Shown here: one piece after another, positions 1 to 7,732 of the stretch | Position numbering within the stretch: the first letter of the stretch is position 1 | Layout: every line of letters starts with the position of its first letter | Position numbers and translations under genes: made by a program | The notes under the pieces: model-generated | The model's database searches: none | Told to the model about the DNA's origin: nothing | The model's input: only the letters and a program-made list of their open reading frames with translations | DNA from: Rhodoferax sp. | GTDB lineage: Bacteria; Pseudomonadota; Gammaproteobacteria; Burkholderiales; Burkholderiaceae_C | Reading direction: 5' to 3' | Assembly: GCF_039922535.1 (NCBI RefSeq) | Contig: NZ_JBDTEM010000147.1 | Location: forward strand, 523 to 64,522 | DNA: 64,000 bases

Positions 1-308
1 CGCTGGTTTTGCAGCCAGGCATCGCGAAAGTTCTGCGTGGTGCTGGCCGTCTCGGACCGGGCGTTGACCAGCTTGGGCGCGCGCAGCTTGCCGTCCGATG
101 CCGATTTGACCCAGTGCGGCACCAGGCCCCACTGGGCGGGGGTAAGTGCGCGGGTGGCTGGCGCATCGCCCTCGGCGGCCACGGGCCGGATGCAAAACCC
201 CGGCTTGCGCGGCCACATGTCGCGCTCGCCCAGGGCGCTGGGCGGCTCCACATTGAAGCTATCGGGGTACGCGGCGGGCAGTTGCAGGGATTCGTAGTGG
301 GTGGTCAT
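1..308 (-). CDS. SOS response-associated peptidase (SRAP/YedK/HMCES) family protein; N-terminal part only, runs off the window start
   Basis: Not in the ORF track. Manual translation from ATG at 308 gives MTTHYESLQLP...DMWPRKPGFCIR...QWGLVPHWVKS...LVNARSETAS...FRDAWLQNQR. WGLVPxW, NARSET and FRxAW..QR are SRAP hallmarks. Confidence 0.85.
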   Translation of the reverse strand, partial: MTTHYESLQLPAAYPDSFNVEPPSALGERDMWPRKPGFCIRPVAAEGDAPATRALTPAQWGLVPHWVKSASDGKLRAPKLVNARSETASTTQNFRDAWLQNQ

Positions 309-345
309 GCGGGGATGGTAGCGCGCTGGGGCGCAGGCTGCAAAG

Positions 346-409
346 TTACAAGCTTTTTAGGCCTCCAGCGCAATATTCACCTACGGTAGAAGCTACTTTT
401 TATATAGCA
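346..409 (+). repeat. Copy of dispersed bipartite palindromic repeat (box A TGCCTCCAGCGC...; box B GCTAY-N7-ATAGC)
   Basis: TTACAAGCTTTTTAGGCCTCCAGCGC...AGAAGCTACTTTTTATATAGCA aligns without gaps to the copy at 14664-14727. Confidence 0.8.
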
Positions 410-610
410 AATACAGACGGCAGATCCGGAACCGTCACGGGGTAGTCTGGGCCGCCCACCGCAGCAAAACCGGGTGCAAGGTCAACCGCAACCGGCTTTC
501 CGGCGTTAAAAACCTATCCCCAAGGGATTTGTGGGGTCTGGAAACACCTTTTTCACAAACCCGCATACAGTTTCTTCATCTGCCAACACGGCAACCTACA
601 GCCAAACACC

Positions 611-1228
611 ATGAACACACCTACCGACTCCGTTTCAAAGCCCCGCCTGCACCCCATGGTCATCGCCGCCTGCTCGGCCGTGGTGCTGGTCTGCGCCGTG
701 GGTACGGCGGCCATCATGGGCTGGATTCCCACCTCCACGGCCCGCAACACGGAGACCAGCAGCTTGGCGCAACCGGCGCCAGTAACCGCTCCGGTTGAAG
801 CACCCGTCAAGGCCCCCGTAAAGGCCCCACAAATGGCGGCAGCGCCCGTGCACAACACCACCCACACCGAGCCACGCCCAGTGGCTGCCATTTGCAGCAA
901 TTGCGGCGTGGTGGAATCTACCCGTGAAATCACCAACGCCGCCAAGGGCAGCGGTGTGGGTGCCGTTGGTGGCGCGGTGGTAGGTGGCGTACTGGGCCAC
1001 CAGGTCGGCGGTGGCCGGGGCCGCGACGTGGCGACCGTGCTGGGAGCCCTGGGCGGCGCCTTTGCCGGTAACCATATCGAAGGCCAAGTGAAGGCCACGC
1101 ACAGCTATGAAATCACTGTGCGCCTGGACGACGGTTCCACCCGCACCCTGCAACAGTCCGAGCAGCCCGGCTGGCAAGCAGGTGACCGGGTGAAGATCGT
1201 CAACGGCGCACTGCGCTCCATCGGCTAA
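611..1228 (+). CDS. Glycine-zipper 2TM domain outer-membrane protein (SlyB/Pcp-like)
   Basis: N-terminal TM segment, Pro/Ala linker, CxxCGVVES motif, GAVGGAVVGGVLGHQVGGGRGR glycine zipper, C-terminal YEITVRLDDG...GDRVKI. Confidence 0.85.
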   Translation: MNTPTDSVSKPRLHPMVIAACSAVVLVCAVGTAAIMGWIPTSTARNTETSSLAQPAPVTAPVEAPVKAPVKAPQMAAAPVHNTTHTEPRPVAAICSNCGVVESTREITNAAKGSGVGAVGGAVVGGVLGHQVGGGRGRDVATVLGALGGAFAGNHIEGQVKATHSYEITVRLDDGSTRTLQQSEQPGWQAGDRVKIVNGALRSIG

Positions 1229-1242
1229 TTTGCCGCATTTCT

Positions 1243-2658
1243 TCAAGCGGTGGCCATCAGGCGCCGCACTGCTGCACGGGCGGTATGGCGTAGCTCGGCC
1301 ACGTCCAGCCCCTGCAGCACGTCGTCGCGCACCACCTGCTGCCCGGCCACAAACAGCGCCTTGAGCCGGGGCCGCCCGCCGCTGACCACTGGGCCCAGCG
1401 CCACGTCGTGCAGGCCAAAGTAGCGAGGGTCGTCCAGCGCATAAATTGCCAGATCCGCCGCCATGCCGGGGGCCAGCGTGCCCACATCGCCCAGGCCCAG
1501 CACGGTGGCACCGCCCGAGGTACCCCAGGCGACCACATCGTCGGCACTCACTGCCACACGCTCGCCCTCCCCGACCCCGCCCCGGAATACCGGCTGGCTC
1601 TTGTCGCCCTGCGCGGCGCGCTGCATCAGCCAGGCGGCGTGCACTTCCGACACCATGTCGGCGGCTTCGTTGGAGGCTGCGCCGTCCACCCCAATCGAGA
1701 TCGGCACGCCCGCGGCCTGCAAGGCCATCACCGGCGCGGTGCCGCTGCCCAGGCGGCCATTGCTTTGCGGGCAATGGGCAATGCCGGTGCGGGTGCTGCC
1801 CAGCAGGGCAATTTCTTCGGCATCCAGCTTGACCAGATGGGCGAACCACACGTCCGACCCCAGCCATTCGTGCTCGGCCACAAAGCGCACCGGCGACAGG
1901 CCGTGCATGGCGTGCACGCTGTCCTGGTAGCCCACGGTTTCCGACAAATGCGAGTGCAGGCGGATGCCGAGTCGGCGGGCGGTGCGGGCGCATTCCCGCA
2001 GCTCGGCCGGGGCCAGCGAGTAAGGAGGCGTGGTGGGGGCCATGACGACGCGGCGCATCGCATCCGGCGCGGGGTCGTGGTAGCGGGCGGTGAGGCGCTC
2101 CACATCGGCCAGGTAGGCATCCAGCGACTCGGGCCGCATGGCCTGGGGCAGTTCGGCCTCCAACTGGCGGGTGCGGGTGGCACCACCGCGGCACAACACA
2201 AAGCGCAAGCCCATGCGCTCGGCCTCCTCGAACAAAATCGCCGAGCCGTCGAACGGCATGCCGGGGTAGTACAGGTAGTTGTGGTCGGCCACTGTGCCGC
2301 AGCCGGATAAGGCCAGCTCCAGCAGACCGATGCGCGCCGCGGTGCGGAACAAGTCCTCGTCAAACGCCGCCCGGAAGCGGTACGGCGTGGCCGCCAGCCA
2401 GGCCGTCAGTGGCAGGTCGATACCGCCCGCATCCCCCTTGAGCAGCGACTGGAACAGGTGGTGGTGGGTGTTGACCCAGCTGGGGTAGATGACGCAGTCG
2501 GTCGCGTCGATCACCGTCTCGCCCGGCAGCGGGGTCAGCGGGCCGATGGCCTCGATGCGCTTGCCGCGCAGGCGGATGTCGGGGCCCGCAATCCGCGAAG
2601 CGGCACCGGGTTGGCCGCTGAGGATGGCGGCTGCATTGCGTATCAAAGTGGTGCTCAT
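1243..2658 (-). CDS. Metal-dependent amidohydrolase, 8-oxoguanine/isoxanthopterin deaminase-like (AtzB clade)
   Basis: NTHHHLFQS, LHSHLSET, HCPQSN and DGAASN motifs. True start MSTTLIRNA at 2658 overlaps the permease stop (ATGA). Confidence 0.85.
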   Translation of the reverse strand: MSTTLIRNAAAILSGQPGAASRIAGPDIRLRGKRIEAIGPLTPLPGETVIDATDCVIYPSWVNTHHHLFQSLLKGDAGGIDLPLTAWLAATPYRFRAAFDEDLFRTAARIGLLELALSGCGTVADHNYLYYPGMPFDGSAILFEEAERMGLRFVLCRGGATRTRQLEAELPQAMRPESLDAYLADVERLTARYHDPAPDAMRRVVMAPTTPPYSLAPAELRECARTARRLGIRLHSHLSETVGYQDSVHAMHGLSPVRFVAEHEWLGSDVWFAHLVKLDAEEIALLGSTRTGIAHCPQSNGRLGSGTAPVMALQAAGVPISIGVDGAASNEAADMVSEVHAAWLMQRAAQGDKSQPVFRGGVGEGERVAVSADDVVAWGTSGGATVLGLGDVGTLAPGMAADLAIYALDDPRYFGLHDVALGPVVSGGRPRLKALFVAGQQVVRDDVLQGLDVAELRHTARAAVRRLMATA

Positions 2659-3446
2659 GTTGCGCTTTCGTGCCAGTGGCCCAGGGCCTTTTTGGATAAC
2701 CAAACCATGCTGATAAACAGCAATACACCGGTCACCGAAATCAACACCAGCGCGGCGAACAGGCGTGGGATGTTGATCTGGAAACCGGCCTGCAAAATTT
2801 CGTATGCCAGGCCCGCGCCGGTGCCGCCCGTACCGGCCACAAACTCGGCCACCACCGCGCCGATCAAGGCCAGCCCGCTGGAGATGCGCAGGCCGCCAAA
2901 GAAGAACGGCAGCGCACTCGGGATGCGCAGCCGCACCAGGGTTTGCCAGCGGCTGGCGCCGTTCAGCTTGAACAGATTCAGCAGCCCAGGATTCACGCTG
3001 CGAAGCCCCAGCACGGTGTTCGACAAAATGGGGAATAGCGTCACCAAAGTGGCGCACAGCACCAGCGCGAAGGTCGGGTTCTTCACCCAGATGATGATCA
3101 ACGGCGCAATCGCCACCACCGGCGTTACCTGCAGCAGGATGGCGTAGGGGAACAGGCTGGCCTCGATGAAGCGGTTCTGCACAAACAAGAAGGCGCCGGC
3201 CACACCCAGTAGCACCGCCAGCGCAAACGCCAGCACCGTGACCTTCAGCGTTACGCCCAGCGCACGCAGCAGCGAGGGGCCGTCAGTGAGCAGGGTTTGG
3301 AAGATGTCGCTGGGCTTAGGCACCAGGTACACCGGCACCTGCCAGGCCGTGCACAGCGCCTGCCAAATCAGCAGCAACACGATGCCGAAGCTGATCGGCG
3401 CCAGCCAGTTGAGAACGCCGGGGCGTTGCAGCAAAGGGGTTGTCAT
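2655..3446 (-). CDS. ABC transporter permease, NitT/TauT family
   Basis: Six hydrophobic segments and an EAA-like loop (LFKLNGASRWQTLVRLRIPSALP). AAGGAG RBS upstream of ATG 3446. Confidence 0.9.
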   Translation of the reverse strand: MTTPLLQRPGVLNWLAPISFGIVLLLIWQALCTAWQVPVYLVPKPSDIFQTLLTDGPSLLRALGVTLKVTVLAFALAVLLGVAGAFLFVQNRFIEASLFPYAILLQVTPVVAIAPLIIIWVKNPTFALVLCATLVTLFPILSNTVLGLRSVNPGLLNLFKLNGASRWQTLVRLRIPSALPFFFGGLRISSGLALIGAVVAEFVAGTGGTGAGLAYEILQAGFQINIPRLFAALVLISVTGVLLFISMVWLSKKALGHWHESAT

Positions 3447-3459
3447 GGTCATCACTCCT

Positions 3460-4269
3460 TCAATGGGCCGACATCAGCAGGGCGGAGAGTTCGCGGCAGT
3501 GGTCGGCGAACGCGGGGGACAGGCGGTAGGTCTCGGAGCGGTCCGGCTCGTCCAGCGGCACATCGGCCATCAGCCGGCCCGGCCGGGCCGCCATCATCAC
3601 CACGCGGCTGGACAAGAACACCGCCTCGTAAATGCTGTGCGTGACGAACACCACCGTCAGGCCCCGCGCCGCCCAGAGCGCGCGCAGGTCGGCATCGAGC
3701 TTGTTGCGGGTGAACTCGTCCAGCGCACCAAAGGGCTCGTCCATCAGCAGCACATCTGGCTCGGTGACCAAGGCACGGGCAATGGACGCACGCATCTGCA
3801 TGCCGCCCGACAGCTCGCGCGGATACGACTTGCCGAACGCTGCCAAGCCCACCTGCGCCAGTGCCGTGGCCACGCGGGCATCGGCCTCTGCGCGCGGCAC
3901 GCCGTGCAGGTCCAGCGGCAGGCGCACGTTGGCAGCGACCGTGGTCCAGGGCATTAGCGTGGCCTCCTGGAACACCATGGCCGTTTTCAGACCCGACTTG
4001 GCCGGGCTGTCTTGCCCGGCCCAGCGCACATGGCCATGCGAGGGCGACTCCAACCCGGCAAACATCTTCAGCAGCGTGCTCTTGCCGCAGCCGGAGGGGC
4101 CAAGCAGCGAGACAAAGTCACCGCGCTGGATGCGCAGGCTCAGGCGCGACAAGGCATGGGTGCCGTTGCCGTAGGTCTTCTCCACCTGGTTGGCGTGGAG
4201 CACGGTGTCGGCATCGGGCGGTAAAGACTGCACCGTGGGCACAGGAATAGGCAGGGCTTGCATCAGCAT
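3460..4269 (-). CDS. ABC transporter ATP-binding protein, NitT/TauT family
   Basis: Walker A GPSGCGKST, LSGGMQMR signature, Walker B LLMDEPF. Confidence 0.95.
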   Translation of the reverse strand: MLMQALPIPVPTVQSLPPDADTVLHANQVEKTYGNGTHALSRLSLRIQRGDFVSLLGPSGCGKSTLLKMFAGLESPSHGHVRWAGQDSPAKSGLKTAMVFQEATLMPWTTVAANVRLPLDLHGVPRAEADARVATALAQVGLAAFGKSYPRELSGGMQMRASIARALVTEPDVLLMDEPFGALDEFTRNKLDADLRALWAARGLTVVFVTHSIYEAVFLSSRVVMMAARPGRLMADVPLDEPDRSETYRLSPAFADHCRELSALLMSAH

Positions 4270-4281
4270 GGTGCGTACTCC

Positions 4282-5334
4282 TTAGGCCGCCACAGGGTGG
4301 ATGGGAATGCGCCGGTTGCCCCGGTGCACCTCTTCCTCGCCATGGGCTTTGAGCAGATCGAGCAATTGCTTGCGGATCATCAGGCCGGGGCGGTCGCTGG
4401 GCATGTGGAATTCTTGCCGGCGCGTGGTGTCGATGCAGGCATCGAAATCGGTGGCTTCCAGGATGTCGCGGTCTTCGGCGGTGATGGCTGCGTCCCAGTC
4501 AATCAGCTCCTGCGTGCTGCACTGCTCTTCGCTGTCGTTGCGGTACAGCCACTGCACCAGCATCAGGCGGTCGTCGCTGATCGGCGTCGCGCAGTTGTAG
4601 ATGATGTGGTCGATGCCGCTGTCCGGGTACTGGCAGCCAAAGCGGCGCGAAAACGGCAGGTAGTAGCGGTTCGTCAAATGCCGCTGCGTCATCGGCGTGG
4701 TGGTGCCGGTGACGCGGTGGCCAGCCGGCGGGTTCTTGATCGGCACCAGGGTCTCGGCCTGGAAGCCGTAGTCGGTGTCATGGATCTCGTACTTTTGCGG
4801 CACCGGTTGATCGATGTCGCCAAAGTTGGCCTTGTGCACGAAGCTGAAGTGCGAGTTGTCGAAGGCGTTTTCCATCACCCGCACCGGGCTGGTTTTCCAC
4901 TCTTCATAAAACTGGAAGATGCGGCGGTAGCCGGGCGCACCGTCTTCGGGGAAGTGCGGAATATCGCGCAGCGGGTCTTCCAGCGCCACCCACACGTAGC
5001 CATATTTCTCCTGGCAGTGGAAGGACGGCACCTTGGCTCCGGCGGGGATATTGCCATCGGGATTTTGCGGAATGCGCACGCAGCTGCCGCCGCAGTCATA
5101 GGTCCAGCCGTGGTAGCCGCAGACGATGTGGTCGCCCTCGACAAAGCCTTTGGACAGCTTGGCCGTGCGGTGGCAGCAGCGGTCGCGCAGGGCAGCGGGC
5201 GTGCCGTCCTGCTTCTTCCACAGCACTAAATTTTCGCCTAGCAAGGTGAAGGGTTGCGGGCCATCGTCCAGCTGGTGAATGGGCATCAGCGCGTACCAGA
5301 AGCGGCGCAGAACGGGTTGTTGGGTTACTAGCAT
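4282..5334 (-). CDS. Rieske non-heme iron oxygenase alpha subunit (VanA/NdmA-like demethylase/hydroxylase group)
   Basis: Rieske motif RCCHR...CGYHGW and mononuclear-Fe motif ENAFDNSHFSFVH. Likely start MLVTQQP at 5334. Confidence 0.9.
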   Translation of the reverse strand: MLVTQQPVLRRFWYALMPIHQLDDGPQPFTLLGENLVLWKKQDGTPAALRDRCCHRTAKLSKGFVEGDHIVCGYHGWTYDCGGSCVRIPQNPDGNIPAGAKVPSFHCQEKYGYVWVALEDPLRDIPHFPEDGAPGYRRIFQFYEEWKTSPVRVMENAFDNSHFSFVHKANFGDIDQPVPQKYEIHDTDYGFQAETLVPIKNPPAGHRVTGTTTPMTQRHLTNRYYLPFSRRFGCQYPDSGIDHIIYNCATPISDDRLMLVQWLYRNDSEEQCSTQELIDWDAAITAEDRDILEATDFDACIDTTRRQEFHMPSDRPGLMIRKQLLDLLKAHGEEEVHRGNRRIPIHPVAA

Positions 5335-5434
5335 GTCATCTCTCCTCCATCGGCGCAGAGCCTGCATTGCGCGGGCTCTGCGCCACCGGCCGGCGCGCCA
5401 AAATGGTCGCCTTCGCCGATAAATGCTTACTTTG

Positions 5435-6442
5435 TTACGGCATGACCTTCAGGTCTTTCACAAACTGCGTCGTGTAGGCCTTTTTCCAGTCCACACCGGG
5501 CTTGAGCAGACCAGCGGAGAGCATGAACTTGTAGGTTTGCTCCCAGCGCGCGTCGGTCATCACGCCCACGCCCTGGGTAGCGGCATCACCGCCGTCCACG
5601 GCCTTGACTTCCTTCATGCGTTTCACGGCGAAGGCGATCAGGTCGTCTTCCATCTTCGGGTTGTCTTTTTTAATCAGCGCGTTGCCGGGTGCGGGGTCGG
5701 CCAGATAGCTTTTCCAGCCTTCCATCGAAGCGCGGACAAAGCGGGCCACCACATCCGGTTTCTCGGCCACCATCTTTTGCTGCGTGACGATAGTGGTGCC
5801 ATACGGCGGATAGCCCTGGTCGCCCAGCAGGAAGAAGTTGGCTGGCACATTGCTCTTCATGGCCATGAACGGCTCGGACGACAGGTAGGCGCTTTGGGCC
5901 ACGTTCTTGTCGACGATGAAGGGCTGCAGATTGAAGGTGTAGGGCCGCACCTGGTCCATGCTGTAGCCGTACTTGCCCAGCAGCCAGGGCAGCCAACTGG
6001 TCTGGGCGGAGGTGTTGGCCAGGATGGTCTTGCCCTTCAGGTCGGCCAGGCTCTTCACATCGTCGTGCGCCATGATGCCTTGCAGGTCTTTCTGGAACGA
6101 GGCCGCCACCGTTACCACCGGCAGGCCTTTTTCCACTGCGTTCAGGGTCTGGATGTCGTAGCCCATGATGAAGTCGGCCTGGCCCGCCGCCAGCAGCTGG
6201 ATGCCGTTGACCTGCGGGCCACCCATCTTGATGGTTACGTCCAGCCCGTACTTTTTGTACAAGCCGGTGGCCACCGCCTGGTAGAAGCCGCCGTGCTCGG
6301 CCTGGGCGTACCAGGATGTGAGCATGGTCACCTTGTCCTGCGCCCAGGCGGCGCTGGTGAGGGTGGTGGCAGCCAGGGTGGTGGCTGTCAGGGCCAGGCG
6401 GGAAAACCACCGGCGATAGAGAGGTTGGGGTTGGCGATGCAT
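5435..6442 (-). CDS. ABC substrate-binding protein, NMT1/THI5-like
   Basis: Signal peptide (...AAWA-QD); TSWYAQAEHGGFYQAVATGLYKKYGLDV and GGPQVNG are typical of NMT1/THI5-like SBPs. Confidence 0.9.
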   Translation of the reverse strand: MHRQPQPLYRRWFSRLALTATTLAATTLTSAAWAQDKVTMLTSWYAQAEHGGFYQAVATGLYKKYGLDVTIKMGGPQVNGIQLLAAGQADFIMGYDIQTLNAVEKGLPVVTVAASFQKDLQGIMAHDDVKSLADLKGKTILANTSAQTSWLPWLLGKYGYSMDQVRPYTFNLQPFIVDKNVAQSAYLSSEPFMAMKSNVPANFFLLGDQGYPPYGTTIVTQQKMVAEKPDVVARFVRASMEGWKSYLADPAPGNALIKKDNPKMEDDLIAFAVKRMKEVKAVDGGDAATQGVGVMTDARWEQTYKFMLSAGLLKPGVDWKKAYTTQFVKDLKVMP

Positions 6443-6615
6443 GGCTATCCGTCCTAAAGCTAAATTGCTGTGGAAAGACGAAAGCACCGCGCAGAGACAG
6501 GCCCAGAACACCGCACCAGGGCGCGGATGGCCAACAGCTGTTCTCCGTGGCGTTCACACATGAACACCAATGCACGCGCCGGGCGGCGTGTGCATGCGAC
6601 GGCACTTCCGTCACC

Positions 6616-6672
6616 GGAGCAATGACCGACAACCGACACCTGTAAGGGCGGGTTGCTGACAGCTTCTACTCC
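6616..6672 (-). ncRNA. Xanthine riboswitch (NMT1 motif RNA)
   Basis: Minus strand reads GGAGTAGAAGCTGTCAGC-AACC..GGTT-GTCGGTCATTGCTCC. This matches the NMT1/xanthine aptamer architecture as I recall it (GGAGUAGAAGC..CAGC-stem-..AUUGCUCC), with the P1 GGAG/CUCC pairing. It sits upstream of an NMT1-like SBP and a Rieske oxygenase. Confidence 0.8.
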
Positions 6673-6683
6673 ACGTACGGCCA

Positions 6684-6699
6684 TGCAAATGGTGTGCCA
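6684..6699 (-). promoter_or_regulatory. Sigma54 -24/-12 promoter
   Basis: TGGCAC-ACCAT-TTGCA on the minus strand is a perfect consensus. The predicted +1 falls at the first nucleotides of the riboswitch. Confidence 0.8.
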
Positions 6700-6706
6700 G
6701 ATGGAT

Positions 6707-6723
6707 TGCACGGCTTTGGTGCG
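6707..6723. promoter_or_regulatory. Possible NtrC-like binding site
   Basis: TGCACGG-CTT-TGGTGCG versus consensus TGCACCA-N3-TGGTGCA (11/14). It is unusually close to the -24 element. Confidence 0.35.
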
Positions 6724-6767
6724 GGGTGGCTAGCACGCCGGTTAGCGCCATCCCGGACAATACCCGC

Positions 6768-7721
6768 ATGCCCACCCCCACCCATTTGCTGATTCCCCTG
6801 GCCGCCAGCGCGTCTGACGGCTGCCGCCAGGCGCTGGCCACGCTGCGCCTACCGAACCTGGAGCGCCTGCTCCAGCGCCTCACCGCCACCGCCCACGATA
6901 GCGGTGAAGACACCAGCCTGTCGCCCCCGCACGAACGCGCCCTGGCCCGGCACTACGGCCTGCCGGTGGCCGACGGCCAAATCCCCTGGGCGGCACATGA
7001 GGTGGCACAAGTGGCAGCGCAAGACGGTGCCTGGGCCTACATCACCCCCTGCCACTGGCAGGTGATGACCGACCACATCGTGATGGCCCCGCCCGACACG
7101 CTGGGGCTGGAAGAAGCCGAATCCCGCGCCGTGCTCGCCGCCGTGCGGCCCTTTTTTGAAGAAGACGGCATCACACTCACCTACGCCAGCCCCACCCGCT
7201 GGCTGGCGCAAGGCGAAATTTTTCGCGGTCTGGCCACGGCCTCGCTGGACCGCGTGGTCAGCGGCGTGGGCGCACGCAATGTGGATGAATGGATGCCCCC
7301 CACGGCCCAGGGCGGCCCGCTGCGGCGGCTGCAGAGCGAGATGCAGATGCTGCTCTACACCCATGCCGTCAGCGATGCCCGTAACGAACGCGGCCTGTTC
7401 CCGATCAACTCGTTCTGGGTCAGCGGCAGCGGAGCCTTGGCAGCGCCACCCGCGCCACAACCCGCCCCCAGCATGCCGCTGACCCTGCTGCACGCCGCGC
7501 AGATGGAGGACTGGGCAGCCTGGACCGCCGCCTGGCAGCACATCGACACCACCGCCTGCGCCGAACTGCTGACTGCGCTGGACCAGGGCCAAGCCGTGCA
7601 ACTCACGCTGTGCGGTGAAAGCAACGCGCAAAGCTTCGAGGTAGTGCCGCGCAACTTCTTCCAGAAAATTTCAAGCCTTTTAAGCCCCCAGCGCTTATCT
7701 AACTTGCTGGAGAAGCTATGA
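6768..7721 (+). CDS. Conserved hypothetical protein upstream of recJ (often annotated phosphoglycerate mutase-like/RpfE-type)
   Basis: ITPCHWQV, LQSEMQMLLY and INSFWVSGSG motifs; ATGA overlap with recJ. Confidence 0.7.
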   Translation: MPTPTHLLIPLAASASDGCRQALATLRLPNLERLLQRLTATAHDSGEDTSLSPPHERALARHYGLPVADGQIPWAAHEVAQVAAQDGAWAYITPCHWQVMTDHIVMAPPDTLGLEEAESRAVLAAVRPFFEEDGITLTYASPTRWLAQGEIFRGLATASLDRVVSGVGARNVDEWMPPTAQGGPLRRLQSEMQMLLYTHAVSDARNERGLFPINSFWVSGSGALAAPPAPQPAPSMPLTLLHAAQMEDWAAWTAAWQHIDTTACAELLTALDQGQAVQLTLCGESNAQSFEVVPRNFFQKISSLLSPQRLSNLLEKL

Positions 7722-7732
7722 AAATTACAGCA
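7669..7732 (+). repeat. Repeat copy spanning the upstream gene's C-terminus and the recJ start codon
   Basis: TTTCAAGCCTTTTAAGCCCCCAGCGC...AGAAGCTATGAAAATTACAGCA is colinear with the copies at 346 and 14664. Confidence 0.7.

Noticed and set aside
420-520. c-di-GMP or other riboswitch upstream of the glycine-zipper gene
   Set aside because: An imperfect hairpin (AAAACCGG..CCGGCTTT) exists, but the diagnostic GGCAAA/GNRA-receptor features are absent.
1243-2658. Atrazine-degradation AtzB assignment
   Set aside because: Family similarity only. The riboswitch and NMT1-type ABC context favours a purine/pterin deaminase, and no other atz genes or IS elements are present.
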